Assembly (NCBI GenBank): GCA_038321985.1
Contig: JBBQFN010000003.1
Location: forward strand, 192,001 to 256,000
Reading direction: 5' to 3'
DNA: 64,000 bases
Origin: Cyanophyceae cyanobacterium
Lineage (GTDB): Bacteria > Cyanobacteriota > Cyanobacteriia > Cyanobacteriales > Laspinemataceae
The notes under the pieces are model-generated. The model saw only the letters and a list, made by a program, of their open reading frames with translations. It did no database searches and was not told the origin of the DNA. The position numbers and the translations under genes are program-made. Positions within the stretch are counted from its first letter, which is position 1, and every line of letters starts with the position of its first letter. This document shows positions 60,231 to 64,000 of the stretch, piece by piece.

Positions 60231-61105
60231 TGATCAAGACTCTAGGAATCATCACAGTGCTGTTCGTCCCCCTGGGTTTTGCTTTACCTGCGCTGGCGGC
60301 TAACCCAACGCACCTAAGGCAACTCCTGGATACGAATCGCTGTCCGGGATGCGATTTGCGCGGTGCCAATTTAGAAGGAGTTAGCTTGCGCGGTGCCGAC
60401 TTGTCGGAAGCGAATTTACAAGGAGCTAATTTCCGGAATGCGGACTTGCGCTATGCCAATTTTCGCAGTGCTAATTTATCGGAAGCGATTCTGATTGCAG
60501 CGGATTTAGAAGCAGCTAATTTTAGTCAGGCGAATTTACGCGAGATCGATATTCGCGGAGCAAATCTCAAAGATGCTGTATTGACGGGAGCCAATACTTG
60601 CGGTTGGCAGCGTGAAGATGCTCAGTTGCAAGGGGTGAATTTGCAAGAGGCAGGCTGTATCCGTCCTACTCCGGCACCGACTCCTACACCAGAACCGACT
60701 GGGACGACTCCCTCTACTGGGGCGATCGCCCAAGGGGAAGCAGAGGCGTTACTTCGGAAGTGGTTAACCGCCAAAGCCAATATTTTTGCCCCTCCATTTG
60801 ATCGCGAATTGTTGGGAAATTTTACTACGGGTATCTTGTATGCTGATTCCCTCAACTCAATTATTTGGCTGCAAAATAATCAGGCATTCTATCAATATGG
60901 GGTGCAACGTGTGGAATCGGTACAACGTTTTTTGGCAGAAGGGAATCGAGCGACTTTAGAAGCCAGGGTGACGGAAGATTATACTCTATATGAAAATGGA
61001 CAAGCCAATCGCGATCGCGCTAGTTTTGGCACGAACTTAGTTCGGTACAATTTACAACGGATCAACGGTCAGTGGAAAATTGCAGATTATCAGGTTGTTA
61101 ATTAA
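60227..61105 (+). CDS. Exported pentapeptide-repeat protein with C-terminal DUF4101/ARC6-IMS-like domain
   Basis: Signal peptide, CPGCDL + A(N/D)LxG repeats, PT linker, WLTAKANIFAPPFD ... VRYNL..NGQWKIADY. Confidence 0.82.
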   Translation: MMIKTLGIITVLFVPLGFALPALAANPTHLRQLLDTNRCPGCDLRGANLEGVSLRGADLSEANLQGANFRNADLRYANFRSANLSEAILIAADLEAANFSQANLREIDIRGANLKDAVLTGANTCGWQREDAQLQGVNLQEAGCIRPTPAPTPTPEPTGTTPSTGAIAQGEAEALLRKWLTAKANIFAPPFDRELLGNFTTGILYADSLNSIIWLQNNQAFYQYGVQRVESVQRFLAEGNRATLEARVTEDYTLYENGQANRDRASFGTNLVRYNLQRINGQWKIADYQVVN

Positions 61106-61181
61106 AGGCGATCTTTGAGCAGAATTGCTCCCATCGGGGTGTTTCAACTGGGTAGGGTTTACGAAGGGAGAAAGCTAGTTA

Positions 61182-62279
61182 ATGACAGGACCAGAATCAC
61201 CAGAAAATTTTAATTCTCCAGTTAACTCGCCAGAGGAGAACGAGGGAGAGAATCTGATTGTCATCGAGATGAATAATCCCCAGGCATGGTACAACCGCGC
61301 CGGTTCTCTTTATAGGTTAGGACGCTACCCAGAGGCACTGGAGAGCTACGATCAGACAGTTGCCCTTGACGAAAACTATGCCGATGCCTGGAATAATCGG
61401 GGAATGACGCTGAAGTGTTTGGGACGTCATGAAGAGGCAGTGACGAGTTATGAACGAGCGATCGCCCTGAAGGCGGATTATTACCAAGGATGGAATAACC
61501 TGGGAAATGCCTTGGTTGAGTTAGGACGCTATCAAGAGGCGGTGACGAGTTACCAACGGGCGATCGCCATTTTTCCCGAGTATTGTCAAGGGTGGCATAA
61601 CCAAGGAGAAGCTCTAGCAGCCTTAGAACGCTATCAAGAGGCAGTCGCCTGTTACGATCGCGTCTTAGCTCTCAAACCCACCTGGCGAGAAACTAAACGA
61701 TTGCGCAAAACTGCGATCGCTAAATTGCAAGAGATGCCCCCAAACCTAGAACCTCCGGCGCAACAGCCTCTGGAAGCCCCCGTTAAGCCCAAGGTTGCAC
61801 CGGAACCCGATCAGATTCAGCCGGTGATTCCCCGGGATAATCCTAAACTCGCAGCCTGCGATCGCATGGTAGAACGGTATCCGGATGACCCCGAAGCCTG
61901 GTTAGATCGAGGCACTGCTTTAGCGGAGTTGGAGTGCTATGAGGAAGCAGTCCTCAGTTATGATCGCGCAGTCGTCCTGGATCCGGAAAATTGGCAGGGG
62001 TGGAAATATCGGGGAGTTGCTCTTAAACAATTAGGGCGACAGGAAGAAGCCCTCAAGAGTTATGAGCGCGCCTTAGAATTGCAACCCGAGCCCCCTACAA
62101 TCAGCTCGCCACCCCCTGATGTCTCTACCGATGTCTCTACCGATGTCGGGGTGGAGGCTCCATTGCCCTCTACAGTCCGGCCCGGACCCCCTATGCACCC
62201 ACCGTTGAGTCCACCTGGGCGATTGATCCGCTGGATCCGGCAAAAGATTGTCCAACTCTGGCGGCGCTGGATTGGATAG
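61182..62279 (+). CDS. Tetratricopeptide repeat protein
   Basis: Repeated W.NRG..L..LGRY.EAV.SY.RAI units with Pro-rich linkers. Confidence 0.9.
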   Translation: MTGPESPENFNSPVNSPEENEGENLIVIEMNNPQAWYNRAGSLYRLGRYPEALESYDQTVALDENYADAWNNRGMTLKCLGRHEEAVTSYERAIALKADYYQGWNNLGNALVELGRYQEAVTSYQRAIAIFPEYCQGWHNQGEALAALERYQEAVACYDRVLALKPTWRETKRLRKTAIAKLQEMPPNLEPPAQQPLEAPVKPKVAPEPDQIQPVIPRDNPKLAACDRMVERYPDDPEAWLDRGTALAELECYEEAVLSYDRAVVLDPENWQGWKYRGVALKQLGRQEEALKSYERALELQPEPPTISSPPPDVSTDVSTDVGVEAPLPSTVRPGPPMHPPLSPPGRLIRWIRQKIVQLWRRWIG

Positions 62280-63273
62280 CTTTGCCCTAGAGGGATTGCT
62301 TCTCTTGAATCTAGAAAGAAGTGCCAGTCAAGAAGGTTTAGCCCCCTAAAATCGGGGAATAGCGATCGCAGAAACCCTGGGTCATCAGTTGCCCGGTTTC
62401 CCACACAATCAGTGCTGTGGTTTGAACCGGATAATGCTTCGTTCCTCGGTACTTACAAGTTTGACAGCTTTGCATATCTGGAAAAATGAGAGAAGCTCTA
62501 CCGGGTCAACTTAACAAAGATTAATCTAGTTGAGGGAGTTATTTATGCTCCCCCGGCTTAAAATTTTACGTTTTGTCATAAAGCAGCGATCGCTATTGCC
62601 TTGTAAATTGGCAACTTGGTTTTGAAAGCCCCCTCTCCCCCAGAGGAAAATCGCGATTCCTGTTGGAATCTGGAATAGGTTTTAAATCAATCTAGACTCA
62701 CCCTCTCTGGAGGGATTTTTTGCCCCTCTCCCTGACGTTAACCGAGGAAGTAAGGGAGTAATTGCGCTCTGATTAAAATTCTCCGCTTAGTTCCTTACAT
62801 CTCCCTATTTTATCAACAAGATAGGGGGAATCTACAGGAATTGAATCCTTGACAGGCAGAGCTTTTTAGACAAGGCGAAGTTGCCTCATTTCGGAGTACA
62901 GAAACTCTTCAAAACTCCTATCAATAAATTTTAGCGCTAGGGTTACCCCTCTAAATTAAAGGGCGATGGGGCTGACTCTACAACGTAGATTTCCATCCCT
63001 TTTTTCCTACTATGTGAATCTTTTAAGGTTTAAATTCAATCGATTTACCTCTTTAGATAGAGGCAGAATCTCGACCAACCCGAATATCATCCTCATAGTG
63101 GCTCGGTATTGATCAAGTGTGTGGGAATCAACTTAACCTCAATGAGTTCATTCCCTAAATAATTTCCCTTTGAATACCCGGAGCGGTTGCCCCCTATACA
63201 TAACATCCTCTAATCAAATCATCCACACTAGGGAAAGGGCAATTCTCTATAAAAAAAATATTAGGAATACTCT

Positions 63274-63558
63274 ATGCAAGCTCTTGAAAATCGCAAAAGT
63301 TTCACTAAACGGACATTTAAATATAGTTCCCCGGGTGCTGAACCAGCATCGAAGACCTATCCTTCCGAACTTTTACCTCAATCAGATATTGCCGAGTTAT
63401 TTTTCTGCGTTTGGCAAAGTCATCAAATGAGTGCGGCAAATCGCCAAAGGTTAAACTTTGCTTTATTAAGTTACGATAGACTCAACGAATCCGATTATCG
63501 GCTGATTAATCGCATTTTACACGCCGTTAAACGCGGATGGATTAAGATGATCGACTAA
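63274..63558 (+). CDS. Small hypothetical protein of a cyanobacterial helical family
   Basis: IAELF...NRQRL..ALL...L.E.D.RLINRILHAVKRGWI pattern. Start uncertain. Confidence 0.6.
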   Translation: MQALENRKSFTKRTFKYSSPGAEPASKTYPSELLPQSDIAELFFCVWQSHQMSAANRQRLNFALLSYDRLNESDYRLINRILHAVKRGWIKMID

Positions 63559-63692
63559 GTAGCGTCCCGAACTTTTTAAAACTTGTTTATTTTTCTAATC
63601 GTTCATTTTCGACCTCCTCCGGGAAGCTACCTAGGCTAGCTCACTGAAATCTTTGTTTTTCAGTTCCAACTTTAATATGAATTCATTCAAGG

Positions 63693-63730
63693 ATTAACGC
63701 CTTCAGAGGATTGAAGGCGTTAATTTTTTT
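63693..63730 (+). terminator. Rho-independent terminator
   Basis: 13-bp stem ATTAACGCCTTCA-GAGGAT-TGAAGGCGTTAAT followed by a T-run. Confidence 0.8.
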
Positions 63731-63845
63731 AATGCAAATTGGAGATACCTCGAAGGACAAGGCACTGCTGTTTCCCTAACTTTCTCAGCAATGAATCAGA
63801 GAATCATAATCCTGTCCGCAGACTTCTAAATTCATCCAAGGAAGG

Positions 63846-64000
63846 CTATTTTTTCAAACGAAACAATAAAATCTGGTTCAATTGATCCGGATTAAAATTA
63901 TCGTCACTGACCATGATTAAACTTTGACTTCCATCGGAGAATCGGGGTCCCAGAGTCATTCCTTCCAAATTATCTAACTGAATCCCTAAATCTTGTAAGT
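63846..64000 (-). CDS. 3' end of esterase-like activity of phytase family protein (partial)
   Basis: Minus frame reads LQDLGIQLDNLEGMTLGPRFSDGSQSLIMVSDDNFNPDQLNQILLFRLKK*. Not in the ORF track. Confidence 0.8.
   Translation of the reverse strand, partial: LQDLGIQLDNLEGMTLGPRFSDGSQSLIMVSDDNFNPDQLNQILLFRLKK

Noticed and set aside
62116..62148. 12-bp tandem repeat (DVST)n in the TPR gene, and the (PT)n run near 14500-14545
   Set aside because: In-frame low-complexity linker expansions with no evidence of phase variation.

Overview
64 kb of mostly core chromosome from a filamentous cyanobacterium. An Oscillatoriales-like origin is inferred from very frequent HIP1 GCGATCGC octamers, petM, psb34, cyanobacterial ftsH/infC and GTAG-type intergenic repeats. 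About 45 genes are supported. They include a sugar ABC operon; GH116, GH10 and GH13 glycosidases; infC, purB, comM/yifB, eda, ftsH, petM and psb34; and an NTT/MFS-HEAT + cNMP gene pair. Also present are a PIN toxin-antitoxin pair, two tandem chemoreceptors, a kinase-AAA-GAF-SpoIIE giant protein, exbBD, and an AT-rich type IV pilin locus flanked by an O-GlcNAc transferase, a SAM methyltransferase and a methyltransferase-GT4 fusion. I recognised no rRNA, tRNA, CRISPR array or intact transposase. Four signals stand out. (i) The paired chemoreceptors have signalling hairpins lengthened by matched 14-aa/15-aa tandem repeats, 3 copies versus 2. (ii) A small PatX-like secreted peptide carries a Cys-flanked LHDGRR in place of RGSGR. 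(iii) The pilin glycosylation/methylation locus shares a SigF-type GGGTAAG promoter motif with one chemoreceptor. (iv) There are nested and tandem REP/MITE elements. All family calls come from motif recognition by eye; no database search was run.
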